DNA of 64,000 nt from Chloroflexota bacterium. Lineage in GTDB: Bacteria > Chloroflexota > Anaerolineae > DTLA01. How positions within the stretch are numbered: position 1 is the first letter of the stretch; each line of letters opens with the position of its first letter. The stretch lies in NCBI GenBank assembly GCA_014874485.1, contig JADBJK010000015.1:55955-119954 (forward strand), written 5' to 3'. Position numbers and translations under genes: made by a program. This document shows, in pieces, positions 55,680-64,000 of this stretch. The notes beneath the pieces were generated by a model. It was not told where the DNA came from. It saw nothing but the letters and a program-made list of their open reading frames with translations, and did not search any database.

Positions 55680-57099
55680 GCGGTATCGGCGTGTTGTGGC
55701 CTTGCTCACGGCCCTAGGCGACATCGTGCTCATCAACGTGGCTTTCGCGCTGGCCTACTTCGTCCGCTATCAGTTGGAGTGGCCGCGCCCGGTCATTGAC
55801 GAGTACTACGTCCCGTACCAAACGTTTATCCCTATCGCCGCGCTGTTCACGGGGGTGCTGCTGCTCACCTTCCTCCTGGAGAAGGTGTACGAGGTGCGTC
55901 GCGGTCGTCCCTGGCTGGACGAGGTGTACGCCATTCTCAACGGCACGACCAACGGGGTCATCCTGCTCATCGTGTTCTTCTTCGTCTCGGGCTCGCCGCT
56001 GTACTCCCGCCTGATCTTCCTCTACGCGGCGGTGGCGGTGGTGGTGGTGCTGGGGCTGGGCCGCGCCGTGCGCAACTGGATTCTGAACGCATTGCGCAAG
56101 AAGGGCATCGGCGTGGATCGGGTGCTGGTGGTGGGCGCGGGCGAGATGGGCCGCATGCTCATGCGCAACATCGTCGCCCAGCCCGAACTGGGCTACCGCA
56201 TCGTGGGCTACGTGGACGACGACCCGAAGAAGGCCAACGGGGCCGTGGGCCGATTCGCGGGCCTGGGCACGGTGGACGACTTGCCGCGGATTCTCGCCGC
56301 GGGGAACGTGGACGAGGTCATCGTAACGCTGCCGTGGATGTACCACCGCAAGATTCTGCGCATCGTCAACGAGTGTGCGCGGTCGGACATCCGCGCCCGC
56401 ATCGTGCCCGACCTGTTCCAGATGTCGGTGCGGCGGCTGGATTTGGACAACCTGAACGGCCTGCCGCTCTTGTCGGTGCAGGAGCCGCGCATCAGCGCTT
56501 CGGGGCAAATCGCCAAGCGCGTGCTGGATGTCGTCGGCGCGGCCGTTGTGTTGATCATCACGTCCCCGTTCATGGCGCTGGCCGCGCTGGCCATACGGCT
56601 GGATTCTCCTGGGCCCATCCTGTTCCGCCAGGAGCGGGTGGGGCGCGGCGAGTCGCGGTTCACCCTGTACAAGTTCCGCACCATGTACAAGGACGCCGAG
56701 GAGCAACTGGAGACCCTCAAGGCGCGCAACGAGGCGTCGGGGCCGCTGTTCAAGATGAAGAACGACCCGCGCATCACGCGGGTGGGGCGCATCCTGCGGC
56801 GGACGAGCATAGACGAGTTGCCGCAGTTGTACAACGTGCTGAAGGGGGACATGAGCCTGGTGGGGCCGCGCCCGCCCCTGCCGCGGGAGGTAGAGCAGTA
56901 CCAGGACTGGCACCGCAGGCGGCTGGCCGTGGCCCCAGGTATCACGGGCCTCTGGCAGGTGAGCGGCCGCAGCGACCTGACCTTTGACGAGATGGTGCTC
57001 CTGGACCTGTACTACATTGAGAACTGGTCGCTGTTCTTGGATTTCAAGATTCTGTTGCGGACGATTCCGCAGGTCATCTTTGCGAGGGGGGCGTATTAG
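55672..57099 (+). CDS. Polyprenyl-phosphate sugar phosphotransferase (WbaP/bacterial sugar transferase family) with CoA-binding-like domain
   Basis: It has N-terminal TM helices and a C-terminal catalytic domain (DELPQLYNVLKGDMSLVGPRP). Confidence 0.8.
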   Translation: MSKRYRRVVALLTALGDIVLINVAFALAYFVRYQLEWPRPVIDEYYVPYQTFIPIAALFTGVLLLTFLLEKVYEVRRGRPWLDEVYAILNGTTNGVILLIVFFFVSGSPLYSRLIFLYAAVAVVVVLGLGRAVRNWILNALRKKGIGVDRVLVVGAGEMGRMLMRNIVAQPELGYRIVGYVDDDPKKANGAVGRFAGLGTVDDLPRILAAGNVDEVIVTLPWMYHRKILRIVNECARSDIRARIVPDLFQMSVRRLDLDNLNGLPLLSVQEPRISASGQIAKRVLDVVGAAVVLIITSPFMALAALAIRLDSPGPILFRQERVGRGESRFTLYKFRTMYKDAEEQLETLKARNEASGPLFKMKNDPRITRVGRILRRTSIDELPQLYNVLKGDMSLVGPRPPLPREVEQYQDWHRRRLAVAPGITGLWQVSGRSDLTFDEMVLLDLYYIENWSLFLDFKILLRTIPQVIFARGAY

Positions 57100-57121
57100 C
57101 ACTTGACTACCGAGAAGATTG

Positions 57122-57273
57122 TGTCATTGCGAGCGAAGCGAAGCAATCTCGCGCTCCATGTGTCATGATGAGCGGAGCGAAGCATCTCGTTGACGAGATT
57201 CTTCGGCGCTTCGCGCCTCAGAATGACAGGCTGCCGGGATTGTTTTCGGGCGCTGGGCATTCTCGCGATGACA
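57122..57273. mobile_element. MITE-like element, copy 4 (3' TIR degenerate: CTCGCGATGACA)
   Basis: It has the same module order as copies 1-3. Confidence 0.65.
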
Positions 57274-57319
57274 GCGCCAACCGCGGTGAAATCATGTATC
57301 GTACAGTGCGAGGGAGGAC

Positions 57320-58504
57320 ATGAACCGCCCAATGGACATTGACAAAGACGCGCTGGTGCAATTCGCACGGGAGTTGATCCAGATTCCCAGCCCGTCGGGG
57401 CAGGAGGGCGCCGTGGCCCAGCGGCTTGCCGAGGAGATGCGGCGGCTGGGCTGGCAAAACGTCTTCACGGACCGCATCGGCAACGTGGTGGGCCGTCTGG
57501 GCAGCGGCGAGCCGCCCATCCTGCTGTACAATGGCCACATGGACACCATAGGCCCCGGCGACCTCAACCAGTGGAAGCGCGACCCCTACGCCGCCGAGGT
57601 GGAGAACGGCATCCTGTTCGGCCTGGGCGCGGTGGACATGAAGGGGGCGCTGGCGGCCATGGTGTACGCCGCGCCTGCCATCCTGGCCCGCGCCCCACGG
57701 CTGAAGGGCACGCTCTACGTGGTGGGCGTGGTGCAGGAGGAGCCAGCCGAGGGGCTTGGGATGAAGGTGCTGATTGAGGAGGAGGGCATCCGTCCCGACT
57801 TCGTTGTGCTGGGCGAGGCGACGAACCTGCAGGTGTCTCGGGGGCAGCGCGGCCGGGTGGAGATTCGGGTTACCACCCACGGGCGCGCGTGCCACGCCTG
57901 CTCGCCCGAACAGGGCCGCAATGCCATCAACGCCGCCGCCCGCATCATCTTTGAGACCGAACTCCTCACGTCCAAGTTCATGTCGGACCCGTTCCTGGGG
58001 CCTGGGACGTTGGCGGTTACCCAGATTGAGAGCACCGCGGGCAGCCGCAACGCCATCCCCGCCGCGTGCACCTTCTACCTGGACCGGCGGCTCACCCTGG
58101 GCGAAACCGAAGCGAAGGCGCTGGCCGAGATTCAGCACATCGTGGCCCGCGAACGGCTCAAGGCCGACGTGGCGGTGAGCGAGTGGGACATCGTGAGTTA
58201 CACGGGCTACCGCGCCCACGTCCGCGATTCGTATCCGGCGTGGGTGGTGCCCGAAGACCACCCGCTGGTGCAGACGGTGAGCCAGGCGGTGAGGCAGACG
58301 CTGGGCTACAAGCCCCGCCTGGAGCGGTGGGCCTTCTCCACCGACGGCGTCTATACCATGGGCGTGGCGGGGATACCGACCGTGGGGTTCGGCCCAGGCG
58401 ACGAAAAACTGGCCCACACCGTGGACGACCACGTGAAGGTGGCCGATTTGGTCGCGGCGGCGCAGGTGTACGCGGCGCTGGCCGTGCAGATGCTGGGCGG
58501 ATAG
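57320..58504 (+). CDS. M20-family metallopeptidase/deacylase (ArgE/DapE/YgeY-like)
   Basis: It has metal ligand motifs (GHMDTI, GAVDMKG and a glutamate-rich EEE region) and is 394 aa long. Confidence 0.7.
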   Translation: MNRPMDIDKDALVQFARELIQIPSPSGQEGAVAQRLAEEMRRLGWQNVFTDRIGNVVGRLGSGEPPILLYNGHMDTIGPGDLNQWKRDPYAAEVENGILFGLGAVDMKGALAAMVYAAPAILARAPRLKGTLYVVGVVQEEPAEGLGMKVLIEEEGIRPDFVVLGEATNLQVSRGQRGRVEIRVTTHGRACHACSPEQGRNAINAAARIIFETELLTSKFMSDPFLGPGTLAVTQIESTAGSRNAIPAACTFYLDRRLTLGETEAKALAEIQHIVARERLKADVAVSEWDIVSYTGYRAHVRDSYPAWVVPEDHPLVQTVSQAVRQTLGYKPRLERWAFSTDGVYTMGVAGIPTVGFGPGDEKLAHTVDDHVKVADLVAAAQVYAALAVQMLGG

Positions 58505-58527
58505 CCCGCAGGAGGAGTTCGCCACCC

Positions 58528-59805
58528 ATGCCCGCGATCATTCTGGTAGGCGCCCAGTGGGGCGACGAGGGAAAAGGCAAGATCACCGACCTGCTCGCCG
58601 CGCAGGTGGACGTGGTGGCGCGCTACGGCGGCGGCGACAACGCGGGCCACACCGTGGTCGTCCGCGGCGAACGGTTTGCGCTGCACCTCATCCCGTCGGG
58701 CGTGCTGCACCCGGGCACCGAGTGCATCCTGGGCAGCGGGATGGTCATCAACCCAGCGCGGCTGGTGCAGGAACTGGACGGCCTCACGGCGCGCGGCGTG
58801 GACGTGTCGCGGGTGCGCGTCAGCAGCGCGGCCCATCTCATCATGCCGTGGCACCTGGCGCTGGACGAGGCGCAGGAGGCGGCCCGCGGCGGCGCGCAAA
58901 TCGGCACCACGCGGCGGGGCATCGGCCCGGCCTACGCCGACAAGGCCGCCCGCACGGGCATCCGCGTGGGCGACATGCTGGACGACAAGCACCTGGCCGC
59001 GACCATCCTGGCCCGCGCCGAGGAGAAGCGCCCCGTGCTTCGCGCCTACGGCCTGCCGGAGCCGGGCGTGGACGCCATCATCCTCCAGTACCAGGAGTAC
59101 GCCGCGCGCCTTCGCCCGCACATCGCCGACACGGTGCGCCTGGTGCACCAGCGCCTGGCCGAGGGCAAGACCATCCTGTGCGAGGGGGCCCAGGGCACGC
59201 TGCTGGACCTGGATCACGGCACCTATCCGTATGTTACCAGTTCTTCGCCCATCGCGGGCGGCGCGCTCACGGGGCTGGGCATCGGGCCGGGCCATGTGAG
59301 CCGCGTCATCGGCGTGGCCAAAGCGTACTCCACGCGGGTGGGTATGGGACCGTTCCCCACCGAGTTGACCGACGACATCGGCGAGCAGTTGGTCGTCATT
59401 GGCGGGGAGTACGGCACGACCACCGGCCGCCGCCGCAGGGCCGGCTGGCTGGACATGGTGGCGCTGCGCTACGCAGTCCAGGTCAACGGCATCACGGAAC
59501 TGGCGCTGACCAAACTGGACGTGCTCGGGGCGTTCCCCCAGATCAAGGTCTGCGTCGCCTACCGGTGCAAAGGCGAACGGCTCACGGACTTCCCGACGGA
59601 CGCGCGCACGCTGGCCCTGTGCGAGCCGGAGTACGAGACGCTGCCCGGATGGCAGAGCGAGATTTCGCATGTGCGGAGCCGCCAGGCGCTGCCCCCTGCC
59701 GCGCGCGCCTACGTGGCCTACCTGGAGCACCGTCTGGGCGTGCCCGTTCGCATCATCTCCGTCGGCCCCGAGCGGGATGAGACCATCGTGGAGGCGCGCC
59801 CGTGA
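58528..59805 (+). CDS. purA: Adenylosuccinate synthetase
   Basis: It has the P-loop GAQWGDEGKGK and GHTVV, and is 425 aa from the internal ATG. The upstream part of the track ORF is an artefact. Confidence 0.9.
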   Translation: MPAIILVGAQWGDEGKGKITDLLAAQVDVVARYGGGDNAGHTVVVRGERFALHLIPSGVLHPGTECILGSGMVINPARLVQELDGLTARGVDVSRVRVSSAAHLIMPWHLALDEAQEAARGGAQIGTTRRGIGPAYADKAARTGIRVGDMLDDKHLAATILARAEEKRPVLRAYGLPEPGVDAIILQYQEYAARLRPHIADTVRLVHQRLAEGKTILCEGAQGTLLDLDHGTYPYVTSSSPIAGGALTGLGIGPGHVSRVIGVAKAYSTRVGMGPFPTELTDDIGEQLVVIGGEYGTTTGRRRRAGWLDMVALRYAVQVNGITELALTKLDVLGAFPQIKVCVAYRCKGERLTDFPTDARTLALCEPEYETLPGWQSEISHVRSRQALPPAARAYVAYLEHRLGVPVRIISVGPERDETIVEARP

Positions 59806-61094
59806 TTGAGCGGTACACCCGCCCCGCCATGCGCGACCTGTGGACGACGGAGAACAAGTACCGCCAGTGGCTGCGCGTGGAGATTCTGGTCTGCGAGGCG
59901 CTGGCGCTGCTGGGCCAGATACCGCCGGACGCCGCCGAACGCATCCGCGCCAACGCCCGCTTCCGCCCCGAACGCATCGCCCAGTTGGAGGCCGACCTGC
60001 GCCACGACGTGCTGGCCTTCCTCACCGACGTGGGCGAAAGTCTGGGCGACGACGCGCGGTACCTGCACCTGGGGTTGACCTCGTCCGACATCGTGGACAC
60101 AGCCCAGGCGGTGCTGCTGGCGCAGGCGGTGGACATGCTCGTGGAGGGGGCCTCGCGGCTTGTCGGCATCCTCAAGGAGCAGGCGCTGCGCCACAGGGAA
60201 ACGCTCATGATGGGCCGCACCCACGGCGTGCACGCCGAACCCATTACCCTGGGGCTGAAGTTCGCCCGGTGGGCCTTTGAGATGCACCGCAACCGGCGGC
60301 GACTGGCCCAGGCGCGGGAGGCGGTCGCCGTCGGCAAGATTTCGGGCGCGGTGGGAACCTACGCCACGGTGGATCCCTTCGTGGAAGCCTACGTGTGCGA
60401 GAAACTGGGGTTGCGGCCCGAGCCGGTGTCCAGCCAGATCGTGCCGCGCGACCGATACGCCGAACTCCTGGCCGCCATCGCCATCACGGGGGCGTCGCTG
60501 GAGGAATTCGCCACGGAGGTGCGCCACCTGCAACGCACCGAGGTCCTGGAGGCCGCCGAGCCGTTCGGGGAGAAGCAGAAAGGCTCGTCGGCCATGCCGC
60601 ACAAGCGCAACCCCGTGCAGGCCGAGCAGATTTGCGGCCTGGCCCGTGTGTTGCGCGGCTATCTGACGACGGCGCTGGAGAACGTCGCCCTGTGGCACGA
60701 GCGCGACATCAGCCACTCGTCGGCGGAGCGCATCATCCTGCCCGGCGCGACGTCGCTGCTTGACTACATGCTGGACCGCATGGGCACGCTGCTGGGCGGC
60801 CTGGAGATCTTCCCGGAGAGCCTGGCTCGCAACCTGACCCTCACGCGGGGGTTATTCGCTTCGCAGAGGGTGATGCTGGCGCTGGTGGACAAGGGCATGG
60901 CCCGCGACGAAGCCTACGCGCTGGTGCAGGGCGCGGCCATGGACGCCTGGCGGCGCGGGCGGGATTTCCGCGAGGCGCTGGAGGAGCGAGGCGTGTCCCG
61001 CTACCTGTCGCCCGAAGACCTGGACGGGTTGTTTGATCTCGCGTTCTACCGCCGCAACCTGGATGTCATCTTCCGTCGGCTTGAGGCGCTGTGA
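59802..61094 (+). CDS. purB: Adenylosuccinate lyase
   Basis: It has a fumarase/ASL fold and the signature GSSAMPHKRNP. Its GTG start overlaps the purA stop. Confidence 0.9.
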   Translation: MIERYTRPAMRDLWTTENKYRQWLRVEILVCEALALLGQIPPDAAERIRANARFRPERIAQLEADLRHDVLAFLTDVGESLGDDARYLHLGLTSSDIVDTAQAVLLAQAVDMLVEGASRLVGILKEQALRHRETLMMGRTHGVHAEPITLGLKFARWAFEMHRNRRRLAQAREAVAVGKISGAVGTYATVDPFVEAYVCEKLGLRPEPVSSQIVPRDRYAELLAAIAITGASLEEFATEVRHLQRTEVLEAAEPFGEKQKGSSAMPHKRNPVQAEQICGLARVLRGYLTTALENVALWHERDISHSSAERIILPGATSLLDYMLDRMGTLLGGLEIFPESLARNLTLTRGLFASQRVMLALVDKGMARDEAYALVQGAAMDAWRRGRDFREALEERGVSRYLSPEDLDGLFDLAFYRRNLDVIFRRLEAL

Positions 61095-61145
61095 TGCTCG
61101 CGCGGCATGCCGGCGATGTCCACTCTATAGCATAAGGGGGCATGC

Positions 61146-62042
61146 ATGAAACGAGTCGTGAGCATCAGCCTGGGGAGTTCGCACCGCGACCACGCTGTGG
61201 AGGTGGAACTGCTGGGCGAGCGCATCCGCATAGAGCGCATCGGCACCGACGGCGACATGCGCCGTGCCCAGCAGATGTACCAGGACCTGGACGGGCAGGT
61301 GGACGCCTTTGGCGTGGGCGGCACCGACTTGGCGCTCCGCGTGGATGACAAGACTTATCCGCTGTACTCGGTGTTGCCGCTGGTGGCGGGGGTCAAGAAG
61401 ACGCCGCTGGTGGATGGCGGCGGCCTGAAGCACACGCTGGAGCGCCGCGTGATGCAGGTGGTAGAGGCCCAAATCGGCGACACCATCTCGCCCAAGACGG
61501 CGCTCATCACGTCGGCGGCCGACCGCTTCGGCATGGCCCAGTCCTTCGCCGAGGCGGGCTACGACACGGTGTACGGCGACCTCATGTTCGCGCTGGGGCT
61601 GCCCATTCCCATCCGTGGCATCAAGAACCTGAAGCGGCTGGCGGCGGTCCTGCTGCCCATCTTCGGGCGGCTTCCCTTCAGCATGTTGTACCCCACGGGC
61701 GAGAAGCAGCGGCAAAATCAGCCCAAGTTTGAGAAGTACTATCAGTGGGCGTCGGTCGTGGCGGGTGACTTCAATTACATCTACCGCCACATGCCGCCAC
61801 GGCTGGATGGCAAGGTGGTCGTAACGAACACGACGACGGCCGCCGACGTGGAGATGCTCCGAAACGCGGGTGTGCGCTACTTGGTTACCACTACCCCCCG
61901 CCTGGAGGGGCGCTCGTTCGGCACCAACGTCATGGAGGCGTGCCTCGTGGCCCTGGCGGGGCTGGGCCGCCCACTGAGCGATGAGGAGATACAGGCCATG
62001 CTCCAGAAACTCAATCTCCAACCCACGGTGCAGGCCCTATGA
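61146..62042 (+). CDS. Conserved hypothetical protein (no confident family assignment)
   Basis: The 298-aa ORF has an RBS. It sits in an operon-like arrangement with the next two genes (4-bp overlaps). Confidence 0.4.
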   Translation: MKRVVSISLGSSHRDHAVEVELLGERIRIERIGTDGDMRRAQQMYQDLDGQVDAFGVGGTDLALRVDDKTYPLYSVLPLVAGVKKTPLVDGGGLKHTLERRVMQVVEAQIGDTISPKTALITSAADRFGMAQSFAEAGYDTVYGDLMFALGLPIPIRGIKNLKRLAAVLLPIFGRLPFSMLYPTGEKQRQNQPKFEKYYQWASVVAGDFNYIYRHMPPRLDGKVVVTNTTTAADVEMLRNAGVRYLVTTTPRLEGRSFGTNVMEACLVALAGLGRPLSDEEIQAMLQKLNLQPTVQAL

Positions 62043-62827
62043 GTGGCGAGAAACTGGACGCCATCATCCTGGCGGGCGCGACGGCGGGCGAGGCCGACCC
62101 GCTGCTGGCAGGCGCATCGGTCTCCAAGAAGGCGCTCCTTCCCATCTTCGGCAGGCCGATGGTGGCCTACGTGGAGGAGGCGCTGCGGGCCAGCGGGCGC
62201 GTGGACCGCATCGTGTGCGTGGGCCTGGGGCCGTATGACACAGCGGAGTTCGCCGGGCCGGTGTTGCGCCTGGCTGCCCAGGGCGACATCGTCGCCAACA
62301 CGCTGGCGGCGCTGGAATGGCTCCGCGCGACGGGCCATGTCTCGCCGTATGTCCTCATCGCCTCGTCGGACATCCCGCTCTTGACCGGGCCGGTGGTGGC
62401 CCGCTTCGCCGAAACGTGCTTGCGGCGTGGCGGGGATTTGTTCTACTCCGTCGTGGAGAAATCCGTGCTGGAGGCAGCGTTCCCCGGCTCGGGACGCAGT
62501 TACGCCCATCTGAAGGACGGCTACTGGGACGGCGGCGACCTGTTCATGGTGCGGTCGGACCTGTCCATGCAGAAGGTGCAGATGATGCGCGACCTCATCG
62601 CCCAGCGCAAGGATGCCCTGAAGATGGCCCGCGTGTTGGGGCCGCGCTTCCTGTTGGCCATTGTGCTGCGCCGCCTCACCCTGGCCGACGCCGAACGGCG
62701 CGTGAGCGAAATCCTGGGCATTGAGGGCCGCGTCGTCGCCTCGCCCGACTGGGAACTGGCGATGGACGTGGACAAGCCGCACCAACTGGAGATGGTCATC
62801 CGCTACATGGAGGCACACCGGCAGTGA
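62039..62827 (+). CDS. MobA-like NTP-transferase (nucleotidyltransferase) domain protein
   Basis: It has an N-terminal AIILAGA...G nucleotide-binding fold and is 262 aa long. Confidence 0.5.
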   Translation: MSGEKLDAIILAGATAGEADPLLAGASVSKKALLPIFGRPMVAYVEEALRASGRVDRIVCVGLGPYDTAEFAGPVLRLAAQGDIVANTLAALEWLRATGHVSPYVLIASSDIPLLTGPVVARFAETCLRRGGDLFYSVVEKSVLEAAFPGSGRSYAHLKDGYWDGGDLFMVRSDLSMQKVQMMRDLIAQRKDALKMARVLGPRFLLAIVLRRLTLADAERRVSEILGIEGRVVASPDWELAMDVDKPHQLEMVIRYMEAHRQ

Positions 62828-63354
62828 GCCTCTGGCAGGCCGCGGCGGCGCTGGATCGCCGCATCAGCCGACGGTTGCGGATTCCCGAAGGGCGGCGCGG
62901 GCTTCGCTTGGCGGCGCTCGTCGTGGCCCACCTGGGCGACAGCCCGCTGTGGGCGGCTATCCTCGTCGGCGCGTATGCGTGGGGTGGGGCTTCGCTGCGC
63001 GCCCTGGCCGTACGGACGGCCGCCGCCATACTCACGGTCGGCATCCTGGGCGGCGTTGCCAAGCGCATCGTGCGCCGCCCCCGCCCGGATGGGTACGCGC
63101 CCGGACTGTACTCGCGCACCATGGACCGCTACTCGTTCCCATCGGGCCACGCGGCGCGAATGGCAGCGGTGGCGGCTGTGGTGGGCGCGGCGTATCCGGA
63201 CTTCGCGGTGGCGGCTGCTGCGTGCGCGGTCGTGGTGGCAGTGGCGCGCGTGGCGCTGGGTGTGCACTACGCGGGCGACGCGCTGGGCGGCCTGCTGCTG
63301 GGCACGCTCGTTGCGGCGGCGTGGGTGGCCGGGGTGCACGGGCTGCCGGGTTGA
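62824..63354 (+). CDS. PAP2-family (type 2 phosphatidic-acid-phosphatase-like) membrane phosphatase
   Basis: It has the motifs KRIVRRPRP (KxxxxxxRP), PSGH, and SRVALGVHYAGD (SRxxxxxHxxxD). Confidence 0.75.
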   Translation: MSLWQAAAALDRRISRRLRIPEGRRGLRLAALVVAHLGDSPLWAAILVGAYAWGGASLRALAVRTAAAILTVGILGGVAKRIVRRPRPDGYAPGLYSRTMDRYSFPSGHAARMAAVAAVVGAAYPDFAVAAAACAVVVAVARVALGVHYAGDALGGLLLGTLVAAAWVAGVHGLPG

Positions 63355-63500
63355 GGGTTTACCGCAGAGCACGCAGAGGGCGCAGAGATTTGTTGGATGC
63401 TGGGGTAACAGTTGCGACGCACTTCCGAAGTGCGTCGCAACTGTGGAACTGCCGGGTTGAGGGTTTACCGCAGAGCACGCAGAGAACGCAGAGAAAGACA
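63355..63500. repeat. Second-family repeat block (two GGTTTACCGCAGAGCACGCAGAG modules flanking a 13-bp-stem hairpin AGTTGCGACGCAC...GTGCGTCGCAACT)
   Basis: There is a direct repeat of the module at 63355 and 63460, with a perfect hairpin between the copies. Confidence 0.65.
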
Positions 63501-63523
63501 GAGCAGTTCTCCGCGGTGAGAGA

Positions 63524-63799
63524 TTGTGGGAGTGTCCGATGTCCAAACCATCGCGCCGCGTGATTCGGGCCAGCGAAATCGGCCAGTTCGCCTATTGCCC
63601 CCGCGCCTGGTACCTGGGGAGCGTGCTGGGGCTGCCGTCGGCGAACGTTGCGGACTTGGAGGCGGGGACCGAAACCCACCGCCGCCACGGGCGCAAGGTG
63701 TACCTGGCGCTCGTCCTGCAGCGCGTTGGCATCGCCCTGGCGGCCCTGGGCGCGCTGGCGCTTGTGCTGTGGGCCATCGCCCGCTTGGGAGGAGGGTGA
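63524..63799 (+). CDS. Small protein with Cas4/DUF83-like N-terminal motif (ASEIGQFAYCPRAWYL) and a hydrophobic C-terminus
   Basis: The motif resembles the conserved YCPR-x-YL start of PD-(D/E)xK Cas4-family nucleases. The 91-aa length is too short for a full nuclease. Confidence 0.3.
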   Translation: MWECPMSKPSRRVIRASEIGQFAYCPRAWYLGSVLGLPSANVADLEAGTETHRRHGRKVYLALVLQRVGIALAALGALALVLWAIARLGGG

Positions 63800-63800
63800 G

Positions 63801-64000
63801 GTGTCCCCGCGGTCCGTTGCCGTTGTCGCGCTGCTGCTCGTCATCGTCGGCCTCGTCGTGTGGCTGTGGGCGCGCAGACAGTGGGCGGGGGCGGGGTTGC
63901 CGCGCGGCCGACTGGTGTACGGCGACACGGGCAGGTGGGAGCGGACGCGCGAACCGCTGTTCTCGCGGCGCTACGGCCTCACCGGCAGGCCCGACTACCT
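63801..64000 (+). CDS. Membrane-anchored protein, 3'-truncated by the window edge (TM helix then YGDTG...GLTGRPDYL, reminiscent of PD-(D/E)xK nuclease motif II)
   Basis: A GTG start overlaps the previous stop and the ORF runs off the window. Confidence 0.3.
   Translation, partial: MSPRSVAVVALLLVIVGLVVWLWARRQWAGAGLPRGRLVYGDTGRWERTREPLFSRRYGLTGRPDY

Noticed and set aside
57320-58504. Link between the M20 peptidase (YgeY-like) and the carbamoyltransferase/carbamate kinase cluster, as in the E. coli ygeW-ygeY-yqeA locus
   Set aside because: The genes are about 30 kb apart here with many unrelated genes between them, and the peptidase sits in an EPS/purine context. No operon-level linkage is supported in this window.

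Overview
This is a high-GC (~68%) bacterial chromosomal segment. PT-rich linkers, an LPXTG-anchored protein and a MurF-Alr fusion suggest a thermophilic Chloroflexota-like organism, though that is an inference. From start to end the window contains: (1) 1-16.7 kb: a complete NAD(P)-linked bidirectional [NiFe] hydrogenase locus hoxE-F-U-Y-H. It is preceded by and interleaved with a CBS/HATPase - DRTGG - PHP - small HATPase - 2Fe-2S ferredoxin module that is normally seen with [FeFe] hydrogenases. HoxF is fused to a GltD/NfnB-like FAD/NAD(P)H domain. The locus is followed by a terminator and the maturation genes hoxW-hypA-hypB-hypF-hypD-hypE; hypC is absent. (2) 16.7-22 kb: a sigma70-like promoter with a long leader, then NAD-linked formate dehydrogenase fdsG-fdsB-fdhA. 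FdhA carries an in-frame TGA (selenocysteine) aligned to the E. coli FdhF Sec position, with a downstream SECIS-like hairpin. (3) proC, dut, a CPBP protease and efp. (4) A GntR/UTRA regulator, two paralogous OTC-like carbamoyltransferases and carbamate kinase. (5) A UPF0104 membrane protein, a CE4 deacetylase lipoprotein, RqcH, and a GldA/F/G-like ABC module with DUF4340. (6) An LPXTG-anchored double rhodanese and an ~11-heme c-type cytochrome lipoprotein interrupted by one in-frame TGA followed by a hairpin. (7) A csoR-copZ-copA copper module with a perfect 22-bp palindromic operator, and two tRNA-Ala genes. (8) leuS, a small EamA/SMR transporter, a murF-alr fusion, GT4 glycosyltransferases and a polyprenyl-phosphate sugar transferase, an M20 peptidase, purA, purB, a trio of unknown protein / NTP-transferase / PAP2 phosphatase, and Cas4-motif small ORFs at the window end. 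Interspersed throughout are a 150-bp MITE-like element family with 12-bp terminal inverted repeats TGTCATTGCGAG (at least five copies) and three long tandem arrays of related palindromic units. None of these arrays is a CRISPR.
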